A stretch of DNA of 64,000 nt from Pirellulales bacterium (GCA_046349955.1 JAXMBI010000004.1:28237-92236), one strand, 5' to 3'; counted from the stretch's first letter, positions 47,526 through 55,897 are shown. Numbers and translations are program-made. Notes: generated from the sequence alone by a model not told the origin.

Positions 47526-49352
47526 ATGAGCGGCGCGTTGGCGGCGGTGTTGGCGTTGTTGGCGGCTGCGATCGTGATGTTCGCGATCAACCGGCCGCGT
47601 ATGGACGCCGTGGCTCTGATCGCGCTTACGTTCCTGCCTTTCACCGGCGCGGTGACGATGAAGCAGGCCCTGGCCGGCTTCAGCGATCCCAACATCGTGC
47701 TCATCGCGGCCTTGTTCGTCATCGGAGACGGCCTGGTGCGCACCGGAGTTGCCCGGAGGCTCGGGGATTGGCTGGCGGCCAAGGCCGGCAGCAACGAGCT
47801 CAAGCTGCTCGTGCTGCTGATGGTCGTGGTGTGCGGCTTGGGCTCGGTGATGAGTTCGACCGCCGTGACGGCGATCTTCATTCCCGTCGTGCTGCGAATC
47901 GCCCAGAGCACCGGCACGTCGGCGAGCCGGCTGATGATGCCGCTGAGCTTCGCCGCGCTCATCTCCGGCATGACCACGCTCGTGGCCACCGCCCCCAACC
48001 TCGTCGTAAACAGCGAGCTCGTGCGGAGCGGGGCGGTAGGGTTCAACTTCTTCAGCTTCACTCCTTTTGGACTCACGGTGCTGGTTCTCGGCGTGCTGTA
48101 CATGACGTTCGCCCGACGGCTGTTGCCCGTCGGCGAAAAGAGGGCGGCCGGGGCCGGCCGGCCAAGCTTGGGAGACTGGGTCGAGCAATATCAGCTCGCC
48201 CAGCGCGAGTACCGAGTGCGCATCGGCTCTGCATCGCCGCTCGTGGGAAAGACGCTGGGCGAATTGCAATTGCGCGACTCCTTGGGCGCGAGCATCATCG
48301 CGCTCGAACGCCAATCGCGACTGGCTCGCGAAGTGCTGCGCGCTACGGCGCAAACCGAGCTGCACGCGGGCGACATTCTGCTCGTCGATCTTTCAGAACC
48401 GCAGGAGGACATCGAGGCCGTGCGCAAGCGGCTCGATCTGGAGTTGCTGCCCATCTCGGGCGCCTACTTCAACGACCGCTATCAAGAAATCGGCATGGCC
48501 GAGGTGATGGTGCCCCCCGGCTCGGAACTAATCGGCAAATCGGTTGCCGAGGCGGGGGTGCGAACCCAAATGGGTCTGACGGTCATTGGGCTGCGCCGCG
48601 GCACGAAGGCCGTTGAGCGCGGGCTGCGGGCCGAGGGCCTCAAAATGGGCGACACGCTGCTCGTCGTCGGCCCTTGGAAGGACATCGAGAAGCTCCGCAA
48701 CGATGGCCGAGACCTCTTGATTCTCCGCCTCCCCATCGAACTCGAGGACGTGCTGCCGGTGGCCGGCAAGGCGCCGCAGGCCGTGTTTTGCCTGGTGCTC
48801 GTGGTGGGGCTGATGATCAGCGGCTGGGTGCCCAACGTGCAGGCGGCGCTGCTGGGGTGCTTGCTCATGCTCGCGTTGAAGTGCGTGAATCTCACGAGCG
48901 CCTACCGAGCGATCGATTGGAAGACGATCATTCTGATCGTCGGCATGTTGCCGTTTTCGACGGCGCTGCAATCGACCGGCGGGGTCGACCTGGCGGCCGA
49001 CGGCCTGATGGCGGTCACCTCTGGAATGGGAACTTACGGGGTCTTGGCCTGTCTGTTCGCCATCACCGCGGTGCTGGGCATGTTCATCTCGAACACGGCC
49101 ACCGCCGTGCTCATGGCCCCCGTGGCCCTGGCGGTGGCGCACGAGCTGAAGGCCTCGCCGTATCCGTTCGCCATGATCGTGGCTCTGGCGGCTTCCACGG
49201 CTTTCATGACGCCCGTCTCGTCGCCGGTGAACACGCTCGTGGTGACGCCGGGCAACTACACGTTCGGCGATTTCGTGAAGATCGGCGTGCCGTTCAGTCT
49301 GGTCGTACTTTTGGTGAGCGTGCTGCTGGTTCCCCTGCTGTTGCCCCTCTAA
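47526..49352 (+). CDS. SLC13/DASS-family permease with two central TrkA-C (RCK_C) domains
   Basis: N- and C-terminal multi-TM halves flank two repeats of the RCK_C pattern (VRIGSASPLVGKTLGELQLR..., EVMVPPGSELIGKSVAEAGVR...). Confidence 0.85.
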   Translation: MSGALAAVLALLAAAIVMFAINRPRMDAVALIALTFLPFTGAVTMKQALAGFSDPNIVLIAALFVIGDGLVRTGVARRLGDWLAAKAGSNELKLLVLLMVVVCGLGSVMSSTAVTAIFIPVVLRIAQSTGTSASRLMMPLSFAALISGMTTLVATAPNLVVNSELVRSGAVGFNFFSFTPFGLTVLVLGVLYMTFARRLLPVGEKRAAGAGRPSLGDWVEQYQLAQREYRVRIGSASPLVGKTLGELQLRDSLGASIIALERQSRLAREVLRATAQTELHAGDILLVDLSEPQEDIEAVRKRLDLELLPISGAYFNDRYQEIGMAEVMVPPGSELIGKSVAEAGVRTQMGLTVIGLRRGTKAVERGLRAEGLKMGDTLLVVGPWKDIEKLRNDGRDLLILRLPIELEDVLPVAGKAPQAVFCLVLVVGLMISGWVPNVQAALLGCLLMLALKCVNLTSAYRAIDWKTIILIVGMLPFSTALQSTGGVDLAADGLMAVTSGMGTYGVLACLFAITAVLGMFISNTATAVLMAPVALAVAHELKASPYPFAMIVALAASTAFMTPVSSPVNTLVVTPGNYTFGDFVKIGVPFSLVVLLVSVLLVPLLLPL

Positions 49353-49413
49353 AGGGGCTATGCTTGCTCAGTATCGGGTTCGAACAAACACCCCGCAGAA
49401 GACCGTGGTTTGC

Positions 49414-50949
49414 ATGAACGCAGCCGCTCCGCCGAAAAAGGGATTGATGCAACGATTTCTCGACCTGGTGGAAACGGTCGGGAACAAGGTGCCGCATCCG
49501 GCCGTGATCTTCATGATTCTGATTGGCCTGGTGATCGTGCTCTCGCACGCGCTCTTTCTGGCCGGGGCCAGCGTGAGCTATCAGGTGATCGACCCGGTGA
49601 CGCATGAGGCGGCCAACGAAAGCTCGGCCGCCAAGAGCCTGCTGACGGGCGAAGGCCTGCGGTTCATGTACACGTCGCTGATTCCCAACTTCATGGGCTT
49701 TACGGCCGTGGGACTGATGATCGTGGCCATGGTCGGCGCCGGCGTGGCCGAGGCCTCGGGCCTGGTGACGGCGCTCATCCGCAAGCTCGTCAGCGTGTCG
49801 CCCCCTAAGGCGCTTACCTACATCCTGGTCTTCGTCGGCATCCTCTCGAGCGTGGCCGCCGACGCCGGCTACCTGGTGCTGATTCCGCTGGCCGGCACGG
49901 CCTTCATCAGCGTGGGCCGGCACCCCCTGGCCGGCCTCGCCTGCGGATTCGCGGCGGTGGCGGGCGCGTTCACGGTGAACATGCTCATCAAGCCGCTCGA
50001 CGCCGTGCTCACCGAGTTCACCAACGACGCGATCCACCTGGTGAACCCCGGCGTGTCGATCGATCTCACGGCCAACCTGTGGTTTTCGTTCGCCTCGGTC
50101 GTGTTCCTCACCTTCGTGGTGGCGCTCGTGACCGAGCGGATCATCGAGCCCCGGCTGGGCAAGTACGTAGCGGAGACGCCGGGCGATGAGCAGGCCGGAG
50201 TGTCGGCCGAGGAGGGGCGCGGGCTCAAGTTCGCCGGCTTGGCCGTGCTCGGCGTGCTGGCGTTGTTCGCGGCGCTCGCGCTGCCGCCGGGCGCGCCGTT
50301 GCGGAATCCCGACACCGGCGCACTCATCGGCAACTCGCCCCTCATGAACGGCTTGATCGCCGTGATCATGGTGCTGTTTCTGGCCTCCGGCGTCGGCTAC
50401 GGAATCGGCGCCCGCACGATCGCCAGCGTCGGCGACGTGATCAAGGCGATGGAAAAGGCAATCTCTGGCCTCGGCGGCCTGATCCTGCTGCTCCTGATCA
50501 TCAGCCAGTTCGTGGCCTACTTCAACTACACGAACATGGGCACGATCCTGGCCGTGAGCCTGGCTGACCTGCTCAAAGACGCCAACATCGGGGCGTTGCC
50601 GCTCTTGATCGGGTTCATCATCGTCGTCGGGATCATCGATCTGCTGATTACCGGGGCGATCGCCAAGTGGGCCATCTTCGCGCCGGTGTTCGTGCCGCTG
50701 CTCATGCAGTTGGGCGTGTCCCCCGAGGCGGTGCTGGCGGCTTATCGCATCGGCGACTCGCCGATCAACGCCATCACGCCGCTCAACGTCTATTTCGCCA
50801 TGGTGGTGGGCTTCGCCCAGAAATACGACAAGAACGCCGGCGTCGGCACGGTCGTGTCGCTGATGCTGCCGTACGTCGTGATCATGTTTGTGCTCTGGAC
50901 GGCCCTGTTCGCCGTGTGGCAGGTGCTGGGGCTGCCATGGGGGCTGTAG
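49414..50949 (+). CDS. abgT: AbgT-family (p-aminobenzoyl-glutamate/antimetabolite) transporter
   Basis: The ATG at 49414 gives MNAAAPPKKGLMQRFLDLVETVGNKVPHPAVIFMIL, the characteristic AbgT N-terminus. The protein is a multi-TM protein of about 510 aa. Confidence 0.85.
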   Translation: MNAAAPPKKGLMQRFLDLVETVGNKVPHPAVIFMILIGLVIVLSHALFLAGASVSYQVIDPVTHEAANESSAAKSLLTGEGLRFMYTSLIPNFMGFTAVGLMIVAMVGAGVAEASGLVTALIRKLVSVSPPKALTYILVFVGILSSVAADAGYLVLIPLAGTAFISVGRHPLAGLACGFAAVAGAFTVNMLIKPLDAVLTEFTNDAIHLVNPGVSIDLTANLWFSFASVVFLTFVVALVTERIIEPRLGKYVAETPGDEQAGVSAEEGRGLKFAGLAVLGVLALFAALALPPGAPLRNPDTGALIGNSPLMNGLIAVIMVLFLASGVGYGIGARTIASVGDVIKAMEKAISGLGGLILLLLIISQFVAYFNYTNMGTILAVSLADLLKDANIGALPLLIGFIIVVGIIDLLITGAIAKWAIFAPVFVPLLMQLGVSPEAVLAAYRIGDSPINAITPLNVYFAMVVGFAQKYDKNAGVGTVVSLMLPYVVIMFVLWTALFAVWQVLGLPWGL

Positions 50950-51149
50950 ACTGGCTGCTACACTTACCCGGAGCGCCAGCAAGGAAGAAGTGCGCCAGTT
51001 GGGCGCGCTGGCCGAAGATGCCGCCCGGTCCCGTGAAAGGGTCAGCCGGGCTCGGCAACGGACGTGTAGCTCCCCTTGCTGGCGCCGCGGGCTAGTATCG
51101 AATTCTCCTCGCAATTCCTCCGTCTTCCTCCTGGTTAGAAAGCCGACCC

Positions 51150-52346
51150 ATGGCCGCCTCCCTGCCGCTCGATGAGCAGACCGCAATCGATCACCTGCTG
51201 CGCTTTCTCAACGTGGAGGGCGTGAGCGGCGAGGAGCGGGCGATCGCCGAGGCGGTGTCCGACGAGCTGCAGAAGTTCGGCGTTCCCAAGTCGGCGATTC
51301 GCTACGACAAGGTCAACGAGCGAATCCCCCTGCCCACACAGACCGGCAACCTCTTCGTCGATCTGCCGGGGACGAAGCCGGGGCCGCGGCTCGTGTTCTC
51401 GACGCACCTCGACACCGTGCCGCTCTGCGCCGGCGCGAAGCCGCGCCGCGAAGGGGACCGCATTCTCTCGGACGGAACCACGGCCCTCGGCGGCGACAAT
51501 CGCACCGGCTGTGCCGTGCTCGTCTCGTTGGCCGAAACGCTACTCAAACACAAGCTGCCGCACCCGCCGATTACGCTGCTGTTCACTGTGCGCGAAGAGA
51601 GCGGCCTGCAGGGCGCCCGCTACATCGACCCCGCCGACCTGAAGGGCACGGCGATGGGCTTCAACGTCGACGGCAAGTTGCCGGCCGACCTGATCCTGGG
51701 CGCCGTGGGGCAGGAGAGCTTCACGATCGAGATCCGCGGCAAGGCGGCACACGCCGGCGTCGCCCCCGAGAAGGGCATTTCCGCGACGCTCGCCGCCGCA
51801 CTCGCCCTCGAAGAGGTGCATCGGGGCGGCTGGTTCGGCAAGATCGTCAAGGGGGAGAGCCGCGGCACGAGCAACATCGGCGTCTTCGGCGGCAAACCTG
51901 GCAAGCCGGCGGGGGACGCCACGAACGTCGTCACCGACTACGCGTTCCTCAAGGGGGAGGCGCGCAGCTCCGATGCGGCGTTCGCCTCGCAGATCACGGC
52001 GGCCTACCGCGCGGCCTTCGAGAAGGGCGCCGCCGCCGTCAAGGACATCGGCGGCGAGTCGGCCAAATTGAAGTTCGAGGCCCACGTCTCCTACCCGCCG
52101 TTCAAGCTGGCCGAGAGCGACGCGGTGATCGCCCACGCCAAGCGGGCGGCCGAGTCGATCGGCCTTACGCCGACGTGCCACTTCTCGAACGGCGGCCTCG
52201 ACGCCAACTGGCTGGTGGAACACGGCCTGCCGACCGTGACGATCGGCGCCGGGCAGTACGAGATCCACACGGTGAACGAGTACGTGGTGCTGCCGGAATT
52301 CCTGCAAGGCTGCCGACTGGCGGTGGCGCTGGCGACCGTAGTTTAG
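51150..52346 (+). CDS. M20-family metallopeptidase, peptidase T-like
   Basis: FSTHLDTVP, GGDNRTGCAVL and TVREESGLQGA match the metal ligand contexts of M20B/PepT-like enzymes. Confidence 0.75.
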   Translation: MAASLPLDEQTAIDHLLRFLNVEGVSGEERAIAEAVSDELQKFGVPKSAIRYDKVNERIPLPTQTGNLFVDLPGTKPGPRLVFSTHLDTVPLCAGAKPRREGDRILSDGTTALGGDNRTGCAVLVSLAETLLKHKLPHPPITLLFTVREESGLQGARYIDPADLKGTAMGFNVDGKLPADLILGAVGQESFTIEIRGKAAHAGVAPEKGISATLAAALALEEVHRGGWFGKIVKGESRGTSNIGVFGGKPGKPAGDATNVVTDYAFLKGEARSSDAAFASQITAAYRAAFEKGAAAVKDIGGESAKLKFEAHVSYPPFKLAESDAVIAHAKRAAESIGLTPTCHFSNGGLDANWLVEHGLPTVTIGAGQYEIHTVNEYVVLPEFLQGCRLAVALATVV

Positions 52347-52347
52347 T

Positions 52348-52540
52348 TGCTCGCTACGCCCAACGATGCCAGCCACCACAACGGCGAGCGGCCGGCGTGA
52401 GCCGGCTGACCAAACCGGCGTCCACGCCCTCACGCGCAGAATCGGCCAGCTTACGCTGGGCCGCTCGCCCATTGCGGTGCTCGCTACGCCCAACGATGCC
52501 AGCCACCACAACGGCGAGCGGCCGGCGTGAGCCGGCTGAC
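52348..52540 (+). repeat. Tandem ~130-bp structured repeat: one full unit (52348-52477) plus the first 63 nt of a second (52478-52540)
   Basis: The 63 nt at 52478-52540 are identical to 52348-52410. The unit contains the inverted repeats GGCGAGCGGCC (52383-52393) / GGCCGCTCGCC (52459-52469) and the hairpin GCCGGC-GTGA-GCCGGC (52391-52406). Confidence 0.9.
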
Positions 52541-52556
52541 AAAGGCGGTGTTCCCC

Positions 52557-52892
52557 ATGGCCAACCAGCACGTTAAGGCCGCCACCAAGACAATCGTCGA
52601 ACTCTTGGTTCTTGGAGACTATGAGCAGGTCGAACGTTTGACCGAGGGAAGGCGCATGGATAGGCAAGCCATCTATGGAGCGATTCGCGACTATGGTCGG
52701 ACGCTCGTTCCCGTTCCGGACCAAGCGTACGACTCACTCGACATTGTGCCGATCAAGTCCGCGCGATCCGCGTGGTCCGTGCGGCTTCATCTCTGGACAG
52801 CGGAAGAGGGTGAGTCAGATCTGTCCGTGGAACTGACGATCCTCGAGGGAGACGGCCTAACTGTCGAACTCGACGATATCCACGTGCTCTGA
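52557..52892 (+). CDS. Hypothetical 111-aa cytoplasmic protein encoded on a lower-GC insert (possibly immunity-protein-like)
   Basis: The ATG at 52557 opens the frame; the listed GTG at 52527 lies inside the repeat. The product is MANQHVKAATKTIVELLVLGDYEQVERL...WSVRLHLWTAEEGESDLSVELTILEGDGLTVELDDIHVL. By hand count it has 193 G+C in 336 nt (57%), compared with 78/120 (65%) in the last 120 nt I counted of the upstream gene. Confidence 0.55.
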   Translation: MANQHVKAATKTIVELLVLGDYEQVERLTEGRRMDRQAIYGAIRDYGRTLVPVPDQAYDSLDIVPIKSARSAWSVRLHLWTAEEGESDLSVELTILEGDGLTVELDDIHVL

Positions 52893-52935
52893 ACCGCTTG
52901 CTGCAGAGCACAGCCCGACTCGCGCATCCCTCCTT

Positions 52936-53189
52936 CGGCGAGCGGCCGGCGTCAGCCGGCTGACCAAAACCCGCGTCCGCGCCCTCACGCGCAGAGTCGG
53001 CCAGCTTACGCTGGGCCGCTCGCCCCCTTGCGTGCTCGCCACGCCCAACGTTGCCAGCCACCACAACGGCGAGCGGCCGGCGTTAGCCGGCTGACCAAAC
53101 CCGCGTCCGCGCCCTCACGCGCAGAATCGGCCAGCTTACGCTGGGCCGCTCGCCCCCCGGCGTTGCTCGCCACTCCCGACGTTGCCAGC
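52936..53189 (+). repeat. Continuation of the ~130-bp repeat array: the 3' 97 nt of a unit (52936-53032), a full unit (53033-53163) and a 26-nt partial unit (53164-53189)
   Basis: These align directly to the 52348-52477 unit with a few substitutions. The hairpin loop reads GTCA in the first of these copies and GTTA in the second. Confidence 0.9.
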
Positions 53190-53205
53190 TGAGTGCTTGC
53201 CAGCT

Positions 53206-54282
53206 CTACAGCGCCGCCACCACCAAATCCCCCACCTCGCGCGTCCCGTAACCCATCTTGCCGGCCGACTGGCTCTTCATCTTCGTGCCGGTCACGACCT
53301 CGATCGCCTTCATGATGCGGGCGGCGGCCTTGGGCTGGCCCGAGTGCTCGAGCAGCATAGCGGCCGCGCCGATCGCCGCGATCGGGTTGATCACGTTCTG
53401 GCCGGTGTACTTGGGGGCGCTCCCTCCCATCGGCTCGAACATGCTCACGCCGCCGGGATCGGGGTTGATGTTCCCACCGGAGGCCACGCCCAGGCCGCCC
53501 TGCAGCATGGCGGCCAGGTCGGTGATGATGTCGCCGAACATGTTCGTGGTCACGATCACGTCGAAGTATTCCGGCGTCTTCACCATCCACATGCAGCAGG
53601 CGTCGACGTGTTGGTAGTCGGCCTTCACGTCGGGGAATTCCTTGGCCACCTCTTGGAACGTGCGCCACCACAGGTCGTGGCCATAGGTCAGCACGTTCGT
53701 TTTGGCCACGAGCGTCAGCATCTTCTTGGGGCTGTTCCGCTTCCGCGTGAAGTCGAAGGCCCAGCGAATGCAGCGCTCGCAGCCCTTGCGAGTGAAAATG
53801 GCCGTTTGCGTGGCGACTTCGTCTTGGGTGTGCTTCTTGAGAAAGCCGCCGACGCCGCAGTACAGGTCTTCCGTGTTCTCGCGGACCACCACGAAGTCGA
53901 TGTCGGCCGGCTTCTTGTCCGCCAGCGGCGTTTCCACCCCCGCGAAGAGCTTCACTGGCCGCAGGTTGATGTATTGGTCGAGCTGGAACCGCAGCTCGAG
54001 CAGCAGCCCCTTCTCGAGCACGCCAGGCGGCACCTGCGGGTGGCCGACCGCGCCCAGGTAAATGGCGTCGAACTTACGCAGTTCGTCGACCGCGCCGGCC
54101 GGCAGCGTTTCGCCCGTCTTCAGGTAGCGTTCGCCGCCGAAGTCGAACTCGGTGAGCTCGTAGCGGAAGTTCTCGAGCGCCGACACGGCCTTGAGCACCT
54201 TGAGCCCTTCGGCGGTGACTTCGGGACCCGTGCCATCGCCTGGGAGAACGGCAATCTTGATCGGAGCGGCGCTGGCGGCCAT
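53206..54282 (-). CDS. Isocitrate/isopropylmalate dehydrogenase family enzyme (3-isopropylmalate dehydrogenase or tartrate/D-malate dehydrogenase-like)
   Basis: The ATG at 54282 gives MAASAAPIKIAVLPGDGTGPEV. The motifs DQYINLRPVK, VVVRENTEDLY and NMFGDIITDLAA are present. At 358 aa it is LeuB-sized, but the sequence also resembles the TtuC subgroup. Confidence 0.85.
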   Translation of the reverse strand: MAASAAPIKIAVLPGDGTGPEVTAEGLKVLKAVSALENFRYELTEFDFGGERYLKTGETLPAGAVDELRKFDAIYLGAVGHPQVPPGVLEKGLLLELRFQLDQYINLRPVKLFAGVETPLADKKPADIDFVVVRENTEDLYCGVGGFLKKHTQDEVATQTAIFTRKGCERCIRWAFDFTRKRNSPKKMLTLVAKTNVLTYGHDLWWRTFQEVAKEFPDVKADYQHVDACCMWMVKTPEYFDVIVTTNMFGDIITDLAAMLQGGLGVASGGNINPDPGGVSMFEPMGGSAPKYTGQNVINPIAAIGAAAMLLEHSGQPKAAARIMKAIEVVTGTKMKSQSAGKMGYGTREVGDLVVAAL

Positions 54283-54446
54283 CGGCAATCGGTCTCGTAC
54301 GGGGAGGGGTTGGGGAAAGAGCCGATTGTAGCCCGCTGCCGGAGGGAGCGGAATGCCCGGTCCGCCGGCTCCCCGCTCGCGAGCAGTTCGAGGCCTTTTA
54401 CCAGGTCGGCAAAGTCCTCGGGTCCTGGCAGCCCCGACTGCGAAAG

Positions 54447-54704
54447 TCAGCGCAGCGCCCGCAGAAAGAGGAGCGTGCAGACGCCGCCCAGCAGCACCAA
54501 GAAGATTGCCCACAGGCGGAGCAGCACGCTTTGCCGCTGCAGGAGGCGAGCGTAGGTCTCCCGCGACTGGCGCTCCGCTTCTCGCGCAAACTCCAGATGC
54601 GCCTGAGCGAACTCAGCGCTCTCGCGAGTCCGCTGATCGTAGAGCGCGAGCAGCCTTTGCAGCGTATCGTGAATGTCGGAGAGCAGTTTGTTCGGGTCGT
54701 CCAT
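54447..54704 (-). CDS. Hypothetical 85-aa protein with a C-terminal TM anchor
   Basis: The internal ATG at 54704 gives MDDPNKLLSDIHDTLQRLLALYDQRTRESAEF...LRLWAIFLVLLGGVCTLLFLRALR. Confidence 0.4.
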   Translation of the reverse strand: MDDPNKLLSDIHDTLQRLLALYDQRTRESAEFAQAHLEFAREAERQSRETYARLLQRQSVLLRLWAIFLVLLGGVCTLLFLRALR

Positions 54705-54793
54705 GTTCGGCCACCGCGGAGTTTCGCACGCCTGTGAAGTTTCTGACGGATACGTCGTCGAGGCACGCAAGACCTCAGGAAACCAACCTGCCC

Positions 54794-55786
54794 TTACGCG
54801 TGCAACTCCACCACATCCTTGTCCCGCAGCACGTGATCCCCCTTCACCTGCGAGCCGGGGTGCGCGTCTTGTCCCCACAGCCGGGCGAACTTCAGGTTCG
54901 CGGCGATGTCTTTATGGACGAGTTCCGCCACGTCGAGCACGGTGCCCCCTGCGCGGAGCGTGAAGGGGCGGTCGTAGTCGGGGTCTTTGCGGGTGGGCAG
55001 TTTCGTGTAGACGCGGATTACATCGAGAGCGCGAAAGATCGCTCCCCGCAGCGCTTCGAGCCCTGTGCCGTGTTGGGCGGAGATCAGGTACTCGGGGAAG
55101 TCGAGTGGGCAGAGCTCGTGCAGCAGTTCTAAGCGTTCGGAGGCCCCTTCGGCGTCGAGCTTGTTGGGGGCGAGCAGCGTTTGCGTGAAGCTCAGGCCCA
55201 CGTCTTCTTCGTCGAGATACGAGCGCGCGGCGAGCCGCGTCTTGGTGCCGGCCAGCTTGTCGAGCAGCTCTTGGAGCTGTTCGATCCCTTCATCGGCGCC
55301 GAGATCGACGACGAGCACGGCCACGTCGGCCCCGCGGATCATGCCTTGCATGTAGGTTTCGAGATAGTCGGCCGTGATCGGCGGCGTGTCGATCAACTGC
55401 ACGGCCACGTCCTCGAACTCCATCATCCCGGGGAGCGGGGCGCGGGTAGTGAACGGGTACGGGGCCACTTCGGGCGTGGCGCGGGTGAGGCTCGCCAGGA
55501 GTTGGCTCTTGCCGGCGTTGGGGCCCCCCAGGAGCACGGCCGTGCCGGCGCCTTGGCGGAGAATGCGTACGGCGTTCCCCTTCTTGCCGGCCTTGCGCTC
55601 GGCCTCGGCCTCCTGCTTGGCCTTGCTGATCTTCTGCTTGAGCTCCGACTGCATCTTCTCCGAAGCTTTGTGCTTCGGCAGTTCGCGGAGCATGACCTGC
55701 AGACACTCGAGCTCCTCGGCGGCCGTGGCGGCGCGGCGATAGGCTTCTTCGGCCTTGAGGTACTGGGGAGTAAGGTTGGCGGCCAT
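54794..55786 (-). CDS. Obg/DRG-family GTPase with a C-terminal TGS domain
   Basis: It has G1 GGPNAGKS, G2 YPFTT and G3 DTPP. An N-terminal coiled helix precedes these, and a C-terminal TGS-like segment (GDHVLRDKDVVELH) follows. Confidence 0.8.
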   Translation of the reverse strand: MAANLTPQYLKAEEAYRRAATAAEELECLQVMLRELPKHKASEKMQSELKQKISKAKQEAEAERKAGKKGNAVRILRQGAGTAVLLGGPNAGKSQLLASLTRATPEVAPYPFTTRAPLPGMMEFEDVAVQLIDTPPITADYLETYMQGMIRGADVAVLVVDLGADEGIEQLQELLDKLAGTKTRLAARSYLDEEDVGLSFTQTLLAPNKLDAEGASERLELLHELCPLDFPEYLISAQHGTGLEALRGAIFRALDVIRVYTKLPTRKDPDYDRPFTLRAGGTVLDVAELVHKDIAANLKFARLWGQDAHPGSQVKGDHVLRDKDVVELHA

Positions 55787-55804
55787 GGTGCGAACAGCGG
55801 TAAT

Positions 55805-55897
55805 GGCGAGCGGCCCGGCGTAAGCCGGCCGAGGGAACGGCGACGACTAAAGCACAGCGATGGCGATTCATCAGCCGGCTTACGCCGGCCGCTCGCC
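55805..55897. repeat. Palindromic intergenic element of the GGCGAGCGGCC(C)GGCG family
   Basis: GGCGAGCGGCCCGGCGTAAGCCGGC (from 55805) and GCCGGCTTACGCCGGCCGCTCGCC (to 55897) are reverse complements apart from one indel. They are separated by about 44 nt. The layout matches 11075-11152. Confidence 0.8.

Noticed and set aside
49353-49413. GGGTTCGAAC in the SLC13-AbgT intergenic spacer, and GGGTTCGACC at ~27742, as possible tRNA T-arms.
   Set aside because: The flanking sequence cannot form acceptor, D or anticodon stems, and the spacer is only 61 nt. I found no tRNA-like cloverleaf anywhere in the window.
47211-51186. Long minus-strand ORFs (47211-48365 and 49294-51186) antisense to the SLC13 and AbgT transporter genes. 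The same applies to 53182-54555 (plus), 56764-58794 (plus) and 17437-19290 (plus), which are antisense to other confident genes.
   Set aside because: Their His/Arg/Asp/Gln-rich translations are mirror images of hydrophobic transporter codons. No motifs are present, and they overlap confidently assigned genes.
52527-52556. The GTG start at 52527 given by the ORF track for the small ORF (MSRLTKAVFP...).
   Set aside because: These first 10 codons are encoded by the repeat unit itself, and the same sequence occurs in copy 1 with no ORF following. The ATG at 52557 is the first start outside the repeat.
52348-53189. The repeat array as a CRISPR locus.
   Set aside because: The units are about 130 bp and directly abut each other without unique spacers of regular length. 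No cas genes are in the window. The only non-repeat segment carries a normal ORF.
52348-53189. The repeat units as integron attC sites, with the 111-aa ORF as an integron gene cassette (a CALIN-type array).
   Set aside because: The idea is attractive: the units are imperfect palindromes about 100 nt long with AAC...(A/G)TT at the stem base and bulged bases, and they flank a promoterless small ORF. However, the 3' boxes (ATTGCGG, CTTGCGT, GTTGCTC) do not fit GTTRRRY. The insertion junction is inside the hairpin arm with a 29-nt duplication rather than at a G|TT core. Units occur back-to-back without ORFs and as single palindromes elsewhere, and no intI is nearby. I keep it only as a loose analogy.
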